DNA of 64,000 bases from Bacteroidales bacterium UBA5429 (GTDB lineage Bacteria > Bacteroidota > Bacteroidia > Bacteroidales > WCHB1-69): the NCBI GenBank assembly GCA_002427605.1, contig DIRT01000023.1:2936-66935 (forward strand). Reading direction: 5' to 3'. The first letter of the stretch is position 1. The number at the start of each line of letters is the position of its first letter. Below are positions 27,652-38,900 of the stretch, piece by piece. A model generated the notes under the pieces. That model made no database searches and was not told where the DNA came from. It worked only from the letters and a program-made list of their open reading frames with translations. The position numbers and the translations under genes are program-made.

Positions 27652-28422
27652 ATGAATGAGAAATTTAAATATATCACCATTGATGATGAGCGTGCCACTC
27701 ACCTGATTATTCAGCACCTGATGAAGGAGGAGGATGAGTGGGTCTCATTGGAAGAGTTTCAAGATCCCATTGCTGCCTTGCACTACATCAACGCACATCC
27801 TGAAATCGATCTCGTTTTTCTGGATATTGACATGCCCTACCTCAGTGGATTTGAATTATTGCAGCAGATCGAACATCAACCGTTGGTGGTGATCATCACT
27901 GCTCATGCACAGCGTTATGCAGTGGAAGGGTATCAGTTCATCTCCAAAGGGGTAATCCACCTGCTCGAAAAGCCAATTGATCAGGCACGTTTGAAAGATG
28001 CACTGAATTACTTTAAAGAGTTGAAATCAGCAGAAATCAGAACTCCGGTACCCGTAGAGATTGAAAGCGGTGCTTTGGAACAGTTGATTGTCCAAAAGAA
28101 AAACGAGTGGCACACTCTTGCTGTTGCCGATATCACCCATCTTTCCGTTGACGGAAATTATGTTTATTTTTACACTACAGACCAAAACAACTACACCAAA
28201 TATTGTAGCCTGGACGAAATCCTTAAACAGTTACCTCAATCCCTTTTCGTTCAGGTAAATCGTCAGACCGTAGTCAATTTGATGCATGTAGAAAGCTACA
28301 CACAAAGTCAAATTCAAATTCGCAATGCAACAGATGAGACACCTTTATTGATTCCTATCTCTCACCGTCGCAGGAAAGAGGTTTATGAACAAATTACAAA
28401 ATTCAAGGAAAAACTATCCTAA
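27652..28422 (+). CDS. LytTR-family response regulator
   Basis: The receiver has IDDE and VFLDIDMPYLSG. The C-terminal LytTR domain has ITHLSVDGNYVYFYT and VNRQTVVNL. Confidence 0.85.
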   Translation: MNEKFKYITIDDERATHLIIQHLMKEEDEWVSLEEFQDPIAALHYINAHPEIDLVFLDIDMPYLSGFELLQQIEHQPLVVIITAHAQRYAVEGYQFISKGVIHLLEKPIDQARLKDALNYFKELKSAEIRTPVPVEIESGALEQLIVQKKNEWHTLAVADITHLSVDGNYVYFYTTDQNNYTKYCSLDEILKQLPQSLFVQVNRQTVVNLMHVESYTQSQIQIRNATDETPLLIPISHRRRKEVYEQITKFKEKLS

Positions 28423-29418
28423 AAAGGGAATCACAAGCGTAACACTATATTGCGACTCTTGGTCATCAATTTGCAGTTGATATTGATTCGGATAGAGCAA
28501 ATCCAAACGCGTTTTTAGGTTTTTTAACCCGATTCCTGTAGTTTTTTCTTGTGTTGGCTGCTGTGTCCATTTATTATTCACACAACTAAAAAAGAGTTCT
28601 TGATTATTTCTGTTCTCAAAATGAATCTCCACAAAGCCATCTCCTTGCTTAGGAACATATTTAAATGCGTTTCCTATTAGGGGTTCAAAAATAAGGGGGG
28701 GAATTAGTAATCGCTCTGGGAACGTATCAGCGTAAAATGAAAGCTTTACTTTGTTGTCAAACCGTTTATTCTCCATCTCTGTATATTGCTGATAGAAAGC
28801 GATCTCTTCTCTCACGGTTACGCGTTCTTGATGCGATTCATCCACATAATAGTGCAATAGTTTGGAGAGCTGCAAAATATAGTTGGGTAATTTTTTATCT
28901 TGCACAATGGCATCCGCATAGATGGAGTTGAGTACATTATAGAGGAAGTGAGGAGTAATCCTGGATTTTAGATAATTTGCCTCCACCATAAACTTCTCTC
29001 TTTCAAGTCGTTGTACCTTTTTAGCCTCCCGATAAAACAGCAAAAGCAGGAAGAAAAGTAAAAATCCCAATTGACGCAGACCAATAAAAAAATAGAGTGA
29101 ATTGATATATTGGTTGAGCAGTGCTTCTTCAATAAAAAGCTGTTTTCGGACAATCGGATCCGCTATGCGTACCTCTATAATAGTGATCAAAATGACAAGA
29201 GCAAGCGAAGCAATCCAATAGATAGCTTGACGACCCTTTTTATAAAGTTGTGGGAAAAGTAAAAAGTAGTTGAGATAGATTATACCCATGATCATCAAAA
29301 CAGAAAGCAGTTCCCTTTGAACTCCAATTGTAGGACGAATAAAGGAGTATTTGACGAAGAACCATCCCGTCAATACCCAAAAGAGAATGTGTGCTGCTAT
29401 TTCAGTAAATCTTTTCAT
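28414..29418 (-). CDS. Membrane sensor histidine kinase, LytS/YehU type
   Basis: Multiple N-terminal TM helices are followed by the His_kinase motif ITPHFLYNVLNSI and a GHKL ATPase motif (GIGLKNLKTRL). Its 3' end overlaps the convergent response regulator gene by 9 nt. Confidence 0.8.
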   Translation of the reverse strand: MKRFTEIAAHILFWVLTGWFFVKYSFIRPTIGVQRELLSVLMIMGIIYLNYFLLFPQLYKKGRQAIYWIASLALVILITIIEVRIADPIVRKQLFIEEALLNQYINSLYFFIGLRQLGFLLFFLLLLFYREAKKVQRLEREKFMVEANYLKSRITPHFLYNVLNSIYADAIVQDKKLPNYILQLSKLLHYYVDESHQERVTVREEIAFYQQYTEMENKRFDNKVKLSFYADTFPERLLIPPLIFEPLIGNAFKYVPKQGDGFVEIHFENRNNQELFFSCVNNKWTQQPTQEKTTGIGLKNLKTRLDLLYPNQYQLQIDDQESQYSVTLVIPFLG

Positions 29419-30038
29419 TACTCTTCCTCTTCGTTATCAAATAATGGGGTTGCAGTAAAAGAAACGCGCTCATAGTAGAACAGATCATCTTCAGTATCAC
29501 GTTTGATATATTGCTCCGGAATATTCATCCAACGGTAACGCCAGTTTACCCAACTACCTGAAACCCAGAAAGATCTTCCGGGGAACAGCATAAAGTCATT
29601 GTCGGCTAATTCGTCTGATATGTTGAGAGAATCGAGCAATGCAGGAGGTAACGAGGTAACAATATAATATGAGTAGGGATCACCCGGAACAAAAGAGGGA
29701 TGACTCTCTCCCACTTCAATCAAGAAGGCAGTATTAACAGTACAGGCGTTGCCCGGTCCACGACAAGGCACATGGGTTAAAACGCCATTAATCATGACAC
29801 AGCCGGTGCACTCCGATGCCTCATGTCCCATTTTTATAGAGGCTTGACAAATCGCTTTATTATTTTGTGTATAGCCAATAGTTTGTGCTACTGTTTGAGG
29901 TTGAGTATCCTGCACCACATTTTCGCGAGGCAGGGGTTCAGGATCTGGTGTGCAAGTCCAGAAGAAGAGAGCGATGAATATGCTCCCCCCTAATTTTATT
30001 AATAAAAAAGAAAAAAAAGACAAAAAAGATCTTTTCAT
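29418..30038 (-). CDS. Exported Cys-rich protein of unknown function
   Basis: The likely start is MKRSFLSFFSFLL. The Cys cluster is AICQASIKMGHEASECTGCVMINGVLTHVPCRGPGNACTV, and the tail is the acidic NEEEE. Its stop shares one nt with the kinase ATG (TAATG). Confidence 0.5.
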   Translation of the reverse strand: MKRSFLSFFSFLLIKLGGSIFIALFFWTCTPDPEPLPRENVVQDTQPQTVAQTIGYTQNNKAICQASIKMGHEASECTGCVMINGVLTHVPCRGPGNACTVNTAFLIEVGESHPSFVPGDPYSYYIVTSLPPALLDSLNISDELADNDFMLFPGRSFWVSGSWVNWRYRWMNIPEQYIKRDTEDDLFYYERVSFTATPLFDNEEEE

Positions 30039-30046
30039 GATGATTT

Positions 30047-30934
30047 TTATTTTGAGTCCACATATTGATAACGCCAACGTAACAGGTTTGAATTATCTTG
30101 TTGAACGTAAACATGTGTTGGATATTTATTTTTCTGATATTCAAGTGTATAGAATGTCTTCTCACAACCGACAGGGGTACCGTAATGCTCTTCAAAAGTG
30201 GAAGTAACGAAATTGTTTGCGGAGTAGGCAGTGAGCGGACTCGAAGGAAAAGAGAAGTAGTTGATAAGCACGAATGGAAGACCGTAAAGCGGATTGGGTT
30301 TGTTGTCGTACTCAAACTGAGCCAACATGGTGTAGCCATTGAAATAAACAGTCTCCATCTCTTCAATATTTTTATTCTTTACTTTCAGATTAGTCTGCGA
30401 GATCAGTTGCAAATTAGCTGATTTAGAGGAAGATAAACTTTCTAATTGAGCAGTCGAATGACTGTGCATGACGTGAGCATAGAGGGCGTTGGGACGTTCC
30501 AACAGACTCTTTTCAGGGAGATGAGCCGGCACGATGAAAGATTGATATGCGTAAAGGGTGCCGTGGTGACGGTAAAATGTATCCACCTGAAAGAGCATGT
30601 TCGGATTGTTGTAATAGGAGATTTTTGACATTTTCTTATCAATATAATCGACTAAAACGTATCCGTAAGACTCTGAATTAAAGTATCCTATAATTTCCGA
30701 AACTTGATTATCAGGATTATACTCCATCTTAAAGTAAGTAAACTCGTCAAAAATCACCTTTTCAATCTGATTCTCTTTATTGTACCTAAACTTCGCAAAA
30801 GGAGTTGTAGGTGATTTTTCAGTGTCATAGATGGCGCTTAATCGGGATTTGGGATTATAAACATCCTCTTCCTCCCGGCAGCCGGAGAAGCAAAGCAGCG
30901 ACAGTAGTAACAAGAAATATAATAGTTTACGCAT
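30047..30934 (-). CDS. Lipoprotein with YD-like beta-hairpin repeats
   Basis: MRKLLYFLLLLSLLCFSGC is a lipobox. Repeats such as FRYNKENQIEKV and MEYNPDNQVSEI are present. It lies 8 nt upstream of the Cys-rich ORF. Confidence 0.55.
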   Translation of the reverse strand: MRKLLYFLLLLSLLCFSGCREEEDVYNPKSRLSAIYDTEKSPTTPFAKFRYNKENQIEKVIFDEFTYFKMEYNPDNQVSEIIGYFNSESYGYVLVDYIDKKMSKISYYNNPNMLFQVDTFYRHHGTLYAYQSFIVPAHLPEKSLLERPNALYAHVMHSHSTAQLESLSSSKSANLQLISQTNLKVKNKNIEEMETVYFNGYTMLAQFEYDNKPNPLYGLPFVLINYFSFPSSPLTAYSANNFVTSTFEEHYGTPVGCEKTFYTLEYQKNKYPTHVYVQQDNSNLLRWRYQYVDSK

Positions 30935-31021
30935 AACGATATGAATCATCATGCAAAGATAATATAAATCATAAAGTATGACAACTATATTGTGAAATAT
31001 ATGATGAAAATATGATTAGTG

Positions 31022-32953
31022 TTAGTCTAATTCTTCTTCGTGCAATTCGAGCCACTCAAACTCTTTTTCTTCAACCAAAGTTTTGATCTCTTCATATTGT
31101 TTGTAGAGGGAACCATCGGCAATTTGCTGAGCATAGGTTATAGGATCTTCCAGGTGAGCTTCTATTTCGGCTAACCGAGTATGGAGCTCTTCGATCTCTT
31201 TTTCCAATCTATTGAGTCTGTTTTGTACTTTTCTTCGTGCCGCTTCCCTCTCTTTACGCTTTTCATACTCTATTTTATTGGCTCCGGGTGTTTTAGCTTC
31301 TCTTGTTTTATTTTTTTGGGCAATTTCCAGTTCTTTCAGATTATCCAGTTTTTTCTTTTCAAGAAACTCATGAAGATCACCAATAAAGTTATGAATTTGA
31401 TGGTTTTTAAACTCGACAATACGATCAATTAAACCATCCAGAAAGTCTCTGTCGTGAGATACGAGAATCATGCTTCCCTCATATTGGAGCAGAGCATTTT
31501 TCAGCACATCTTTCGACTGCATATCAAGGTGATTGGTCGGCTCGTCGAGGATTAAAAGATTGAAAGGGGATAGCAACAGTTTAGCGAGTGCCAATCTCGA
31601 CTTTTCTCCACCGGAAAGCACTCCTACCCTCTTTTCGCTATCCTCCGGAGTAAAGAGAAAACGTCCCAGAATCGTTCTAATTTTCGTCCTAACGTCTCCT
31701 ACTGCAACATGGTCGATAGTTTCAAACACTGTTTTTTTTGGATCTAAAAGCAGTGCCTGATTTTGTGCATAGTAGCCTATCACCACTTGATGTCCCAAGC
31801 GAATCTCTCCCTGTTGTGGTTCCAGCTCTCCGACAATCGCTTTCACCATGGTCGATTTACCCTCCCCATTCTTTCCGACAAAAGCCACTTTTTCGCCCCT
31901 TTTCAAATGAAAATTGACCTGCTTAAGTACCTGCAGATCACCATAGCCCAGGTTTAAATCTTCTGTTTCGACAGTAACTTTACCCGAGTGCGGCGCCGGA
32001 GGAAACTGAAAGGAGATCGAGGATTGATCCAGTTCATCCACTTCAATCAGTTCCATCTTTTCCAACATTTTCACTCTACTCTGTGCCTGTTTTGCTTTGG
32101 TAGCTTTATATCTGAAACGTTCTATAAAACGCTCTATTTGTGCTATCTCTTTTTGTTGATTTTCGTATGCAGCAGACTGAATCTCAATCCGTTCCATCCG
32201 CTGTTGGACGTACTCGGAGTAGCTGCATTTATAATCCTGGATGGTACCCAGTGTAATTTCCACTGTTCTATTGGTCACCCGATCCAAAAATGTTCTATCG
32301 TGGGAAACCAGTAACAATGCCCCATCATAGTTTGCGAGATACTCTTCCAGCCATTGGATAGATTCGATATCCAGGTGGTTTGTAGGCTCGTCCAGAAGTA
32401 GAATCTCAGGCTTTTGGAGTAGGATTTTAGCGAGAGCTACTCTCATTTGCCATCCTGAGCTGTACTCTTTGAGAGGTCGATCAAAATCTTGAGCCGGAAA
32501 CCCCAGTCCTAGCAGTACTTTTTCAGTCTCTGCCTCCATGGTATGTCCCCCAATTAAATGAAAACGTTCATTAGCATCTGCCAGCTGTTGTGTTAACTTG
32601 ATGTAGCTTTCAGACTCATAATCGCTTCTTTCTGAGAGTTCCCGGGTTGTATGATCAATCTTCTTCAACAAACCCATCTGTTCAGTAAAAGCATTCATTG
32701 CCTCCTCCCATACGGTAGTTTCAAAATTGGCAACCATCTCCTGTGGGAGATAACCCGTTTTATGTCCGGAAGTGATAATCATGGTTCCCGATTCCGGCTC
32801 CAGAAGTCCATGAATAATCTTCAGTAATGTACTTTTTCCGGCTCCATTTTTACCCACCAAACCAATACGATCCCTATCCCCCACGACAAAGGATATCTCC
32901 TTAAAAAGAATTTCACCATTAAACCCAATAGAAATATTGGAGAGTGTAATCAT
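31022..32953 (-). CDS. ABC-F family ATPase (two ABC domains, C-terminal coiled coil)
   Basis: Two Walker A motifs (GKNGAGKST, GKNGEGKST), two signature motifs (YSSGWQMR, LSGGEKSR), and no TM segments. Confidence 0.9.
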   Translation of the reverse strand: MITLSNISIGFNGEILFKEISFVVGDRDRIGLVGKNGAGKSTLLKIIHGLLEPESGTMIITSGHKTGYLPQEMVANFETTVWEEAMNAFTEQMGLLKKIDHTTRELSERSDYESESYIKLTQQLADANERFHLIGGHTMEAETEKVLLGLGFPAQDFDRPLKEYSSGWQMRVALAKILLQKPEILLLDEPTNHLDIESIQWLEEYLANYDGALLLVSHDRTFLDRVTNRTVEITLGTIQDYKCSYSEYVQQRMERIEIQSAAYENQQKEIAQIERFIERFRYKATKAKQAQSRVKMLEKMELIEVDELDQSSISFQFPPAPHSGKVTVETEDLNLGYGDLQVLKQVNFHLKRGEKVAFVGKNGEGKSTMVKAIVGELEPQQGEIRLGHQVVIGYYAQNQALLLDPKKTVFETIDHVAVGDVRTKIRTILGRFLFTPEDSEKRVGVLSGGEKSRLALAKLLLSPFNLLILDEPTNHLDMQSKDVLKNALLQYEGSMILVSHDRDFLDGLIDRIVEFKNHQIHNFIGDLHEFLEKKKLDNLKELEIAQKNKTREAKTPGANKIEYEKRKEREAARRKVQNRLNRLEKEIEELHTRLAEIEAHLEDPITYAQQIADGSLYKQYEEIKTLVEEKEFEWLELHEEELD

Positions 32954-32959
32954 AGTACA

Positions 32960-35900
32960 TTATTGAGCTAATAGCAAACGAACACTGAATCCTGTTTCCA
33001 GGTTCATATTGTTGTTGGTTAAAGATGTCTTAGGTCTGTTAATAACTTGGTTGTAGTAGTATCGTAATCCCACCATTTGGCTAATTTGATAATCTGCAGA
33101 GATATTAATTGTGACAGTGAGCATACCGGCTGAGATTTGATTTTGATTCTCTTCAATTTTCCTCAATACTGTCATGTTATCTCTCAATGCAAATCCAACT
33201 GTCATATTTAGGTCACTTACCGTTTGTCTTTTCTCACCGGAAAACACAAATCCCAATTTCAGATCTTTAAAACGATATCCAGAGGAGATTGATATCTCAT
33301 TGGTATTAACCTCTGTAATCTGGTTATTAGCAAAGCTCATTGACACATTTCGACCTTTTTTATACTCCACTTTTAGCATTAAACTATTCTTCAATGTCAT
33401 ATCAAACCCGATAAAAGGTCCAAACTGTTCATTAATTGCAATCTGTTGAAAATCTCTTTTTGCGATAAAGTTGCCTAATGGGTCTATAGCTGTCGGATTC
33501 CCTTGCGCATCCTCTTCATAGTTAATATTTGTTGAGAAGTTACCTACAGAATAAGTATTGGTGTAGGAATGGGACAGAGAGAAGTTTTGGAAATATTTCG
33601 CAAAGAACTTGTTTCTTGTCAATCCGTTATAGTTCAATCTCCAGTTCGGCATCGGAATTTTAGGGAATGGTGAGGTTACATCCAATTTTGCACTATTTTG
33701 TCCTCCGTACGTAGCCAGAAATGCAGCTGTCAACACTTCCTTATTGACGCCGCTATAACCGATCGGGAATCCGGTTTCTGGATCCATCTCTCCGGTATAG
33801 TTTGGATTATGAGAAGAGATTCTCTCAGCCATCATCTTTCTCAGGTCTCTAAATTCCTGGAAAATTTTATCCGGATCACGGAAGAAGGTTGCCAATCCTA
33901 TCGAAGAAATAGTAAATGTTCCCGAAGTCATCGGTGAATAATGGTGCATCACTCCCTCTGAATCTGCTCTAAAATACTCTGTAAATGATTGAGTATATAC
34001 CCTATTTGCTGTCACGTCAATCCTAAAATTATTAAACGGCTCCACATTAGCTCTCACATTGATGGTTTGATTTTTACGCTGTAAGAAAGGGGTATTCAGC
34101 AATGTATCTTTAGTGAGCCATCCACCTTCAACTGCCATACGTTGTATATCTGGTTGTCCACCCAAAATAAACAGCGCTCCGGGTGAACCGTTCACCAGAC
34201 TGGCACCAAACAGATTAGGCGAGTACATATATCCCGGCAAGGTTGTTCCATTCCCTTGTGAAACATTAAAGGAAACATTACGAACCATCATCAGGAAGCG
34301 TAGGGAGTGATCTAATATGAGCTTACCAACATTTACTTTAACTGTATCTTTTGTTTGATTTTCATTTTTGGGGTTATCCTCCCGCCTGCCTCCCGCTCTT
34401 CCTGCCGGACTTTGCGGGCGCCGTTGAGAACCCTGATTCACTTTTTTCAAATAAGGGATTAGATCGTAAAGAGTTACCAAATTGAAGTTCACATTAGCCT
34501 GCATTTGGTTTGAGTTATCAATTGTATTTCCCAAATTAGCCAAGGAAAGTGGTGAAGCAGTAAAATTGTAAGTAGCGTTATAGGTTAGATTGGTATTGAT
34601 CCACTTAAAGAGTGGTATTTTATTAAGAGGCACCTGCCAGGAACCATCAATTCTCTGCATAAACTGAGTCGACCTACCTCCGGTTCTAAAGCTAAGCCAT
34701 ACAGAATCCTTTTTCTCACGTGTATCCAATAATCCCGGTGGTTCATCAATACGAGATGTAGAGAGTGCTTTATAGTTCAAACGCAAGGCTTGTGTTAAAT
34801 CCCACTGTACAGAATAATCTCTTACCCACATAAAGTTCTTCACGATACTGGTATCAATGATGATATTTCCTTTACTCTTAGGTCTTAACTTGAATTCATT
34901 CAACTCTCGGGTAACTGTAGTTCTAAAGGTTACATTCTTAGGCAGTGGATTGATATTCACGTCCCTGATAATCTGTAACCATGAAGATTTTAAGAACTTC
35001 ACTCTGGAGAATGGACGATAATTCTTAGGGGTACTTGTATAGGTGTAACCTATCTGACCTTCATGGCGAGTTTCATTATCAAACTCTACATCCACATCCC
35101 GTTTAGCTACTTCTGAATAGGCATAAGAAAAGTCTAAATTTTCTATATCCCAAGGTCTAATTTTTAGCGGTTTATTCAGGTCTCGTTCTTTTCTTACGTT
35201 GGTAATATTAAGATTTTGACGTTGTACTAATACAGTCGTCATCGCCCGAACCGAATCTCTTTCGTCTGCGTTATCAAAAGTTGCCAAATCCTCAATCAAT
35301 AATACATCGGGATTCAACGGGTTGTATTCCGGAAGTTCTCCTACTTGAGAAAAGTCGTAGTGGAAAGGCACTTTAATATTCCATTTTTGAGGGAAGAGCA
35401 CTTTTCCTCCATCCAGGTTAGTAGCCACATCTACACTATACTTTGTGGCGATTTGTCTATCTGTTACGGCTTGTTCCAATGATCCAAATCCGGGTGTTGA
35501 ATAGGTAGAAGAAAGTGTTAAATCGCCCAGGTCTGCCAGATTCATCCGTACTCTACCCAATGCTGCCATTCCTGATCGGTCATCAAAGCCCACCAGGCGC
35601 AGCTCATTAAACCAGATTTCTACCGATTTAGGGAGCATATCATCCCCATCATTAAGCGATCGTTTTTTAGGATTTCTTACTCCCAGCATAATCGTATTCA
35701 CTGAGGCCAAATTGGGCATTCCAAGAATAGTCACTCTATTTCCATTTTCCAGATGATGCACATAAGGAGTTGCATTATTGATATGATGTCCCTCTCTAAC
35801 TGCTTTATTACGAAGTTGCTTAATATCTACTATCGAATCTAAAACAATGGCCATTCTATTTTTAACCGGCCAGATCAATGTTGAATCCTTACCGACACCC

Positions 35901-38900
35901 CAGGGAGTTATTTCTATTGGAATCTCGTACTCATAGTAATTCTCAGTAAAGTCACTACCCAAGCGTATAAACACTGTTATATCTCCCGGTCTAAGGTCTC
36001 CTGAAGTGTACAGATCTTCAGCGTGGATAAACATCTCCAGCTTTTTAAATTGACGCATGTCAAAATTGGCATTTTTGTATACTGCTCTGGCATCACCATC
36101 CGCCAATTCAGCAATTTTCATAGAGAGTGACTGCTCATTTTGCTGATAAACAACGAGACCACTAATTTTTTCTCTCTGAATCCCGGGAGGTAAAACATAA
36201 GGAATAGGAACGCGATTTGCATTCTCCTCAAAATTTACTGTACCAACATTAACAACAGTATTGACATCTCCTCCGGGAACATAATCTCCATCTTCATAAA
36301 GTTCATGAGTATATGTTCTCCAATTACTCTTTACCAGTTCAAAAGTAGCCAAACGACAAATAATCGGCTCTTCAAATTCTCTCATGAAGACCCTCATAAA
36401 TCGAATTGAGTGGAAGCCTGAGATATTTCCTACTACCTGATCAGGATTCTTGATTGGAATACGGAACTGGTACCATTTTGTGATCGGTGAGGTTCCATTG
36501 GGTAATCTTTCCGGAACCCCTTCATAGATATCATTGATATAATTTTCACCCACATTCATCCGATCGGGTCTCAACTCAATTACATATTGGTAATATTTTT
36601 CCTCTTCACTCAGTGTATTGTCATTATTCACATCCTCCACATCAGGCTGTGTTGTCTCTGCTGCCAGGTATGACTCATTTGTCTGAGTATGCGCAGGCGA
36701 GTTTCCTTGTTGATTATTGTATTGTTTATAACGCTCGATAATTTTCACATCCTGTTCATCATAATCGGAACCCCTAAAATAGTGGAAGTTATCTGCTGAT
36801 GGATCCTGTAGTGCATTTTGATAAGCCATAGAGGTTTCTCCGAACTGGTTTCGGAGCAATTCCAGATAGGTTTCATTAAAATGCTGTTGCTCCATTTGAT
36901 CTGTCAATCCATCCAATCCCACGTCCTGGAAAGGTCTGGCATTTGGATCATTATCAAACGAATTGATAATCTGTTGAATAGTAGGAACACGTCCCCACAC
37001 AGTATACTCAACATCTTCATCACTTCCATCACCGGGTAGTCCATTTTCAAAGAACTTCTTACCATCACGCAGAATATCCTCAGAGATATCACCCAGGTTA
37101 AACACCAGTTTTCCTCCTTTATGATTAGGATTCTCAATAAACGGATCCATCATCCAAAACTCGATATACTCGTAGTTATTAGATTCAAAATCGGTATAAT
37201 CGAAACGTCTCATAATCCCGCCCCATCGTGATCCGGGATCATTTAATGATCCATCAGCATCAACCCCTGCGGAGAATCCTTCAGACCCATCTACATCGTA
37301 GTTATATGGCCCTCTTTCTGTAGGGAAGAACGCAAGGTTAAATACAGGCATATAGGTAGACTGCGCTGCAGAGGAATACTCTCTATTAGGGAAGAGTTCC
37401 GGTTCATAAACTGCTCTGGCGTAAGGCGCAGATTGATCATCTTTTGTTAAATTAGGAGGAGTTGCAGTAGTATTGGCATAGAAAAGCGGGTCTATAATAT
37501 ACCATGCTAATTTAGCACGATTAAAACCGTATGCCAATTGTCTTCTTGCAGGTTCACTGGAACTTACCGGCATTGCTTCTCTAAACCAGTGAGGTTGTCC
37601 TTGCGGAGTGGAAGCCATCACCCAAAACTGACGTTGTCCCAAATTAACAGATACCTTTGCAGATTCAAAGTCATCAATGTATGTAGTTCCCTCTTTTCCC
37701 ACTGCTCTGGAGTGACCCGGAACAAAATGAGCAAACTCACCATCCATTTGCACGTATGATTTTGCAGTGGTACTGTAAAAGGGTAGCCAATCCACCAACT
37801 TAGTAATAAAGGGCACCTCCTTTTTATAGGCAATATTCATTCCCCAAATCATATTGTTGATCGGTTCATTTCCATAATTCACCTTGTTGGTAATAGGACG
37901 TTCACGCAAATTTAAGATGGTAGCACCAATATTAAGATCCTGATTAACTCTGTAATCCAAGTTAGTTCCCATCATCCATCGGTCATTCATCTTATTCCTG
38001 TCTTCAAGATTGACATGGATAGGAGCCCCTGATTTTAGGATTCCTTCATTTGTAATGGTTATCGTTCCCATTCCATAATTCACGGTATAATCCTGATTTT
38101 CCACCAAAGGAATTCCTCCGGCGGTTACTTTTACTGAACCTTCCGGTAAGTTAAACGCACCTAATGAAATCTCAGACCCAAAGGAGGATTGGTATGTTCC
38201 TTCCAGATAGAATTTATTCTTAGCAGTATATTGTTGTGCCAGCGTTTTAGTCATCGTATAGAGCGAATCATAAGCATACCGGTCTGCTACTTCTGGTTCC
38301 GGAATGACAGCTCTTAAGTCCTTACCAAAAGGCTCCACTGTAGGAAAGTAAATACGTCCATTACGTGAAACAATCGTTCCCCCATTGACATCAGCACCAT
38401 CAACAAAGTCAAATACACCGTCAGGGTAAGGATCTTGTTGTTGATTTAATCTATCCAATCCCATCAAGCGAATCAAAGGAATACCTTTTACACTTCCGGT
38501 ATTAAAAAATCCGTTGGCTACTCCTTCATCGTCTCCTGTATACAGAATATTCAATCTGAACTTTTCACTGGAAATCTGGTACGCATTCAGATTATACACG
38601 TTTTTCATCATCAATTTCCAAAGAGGAGATTTGGTATTTAAAGAGGTGGATTTCAACAACTTCACCCTAATTGCTCCTGGTGAAGAAACCTCGTTGGAGA
38701 ACTCCCCTACCTGATACACAGCATCATCTCCAATCACCTGATATTGAAAAGCAACTGCCAATACCTGATCAGAAGTTAGAGTTGTATTCAGAGAGATAAA
38801 ACCTAATTTACTATTAAATGTATACTCATTGGGGGACAAAAGTCTGGCATTTTCAATCTTTTCATAATCCTCACCTGCAGTCAATCCTAAAAGACGTAAA

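Noticed and set aside
29938-30421. ORFs 29938..30366 (-), 29950..30207 (+) and 30098..30421 (+)
   Set aside because: They overlap the better-supported lipoprotein and Cys-rich genes. Their sequences are low complexity and carry no motifs.
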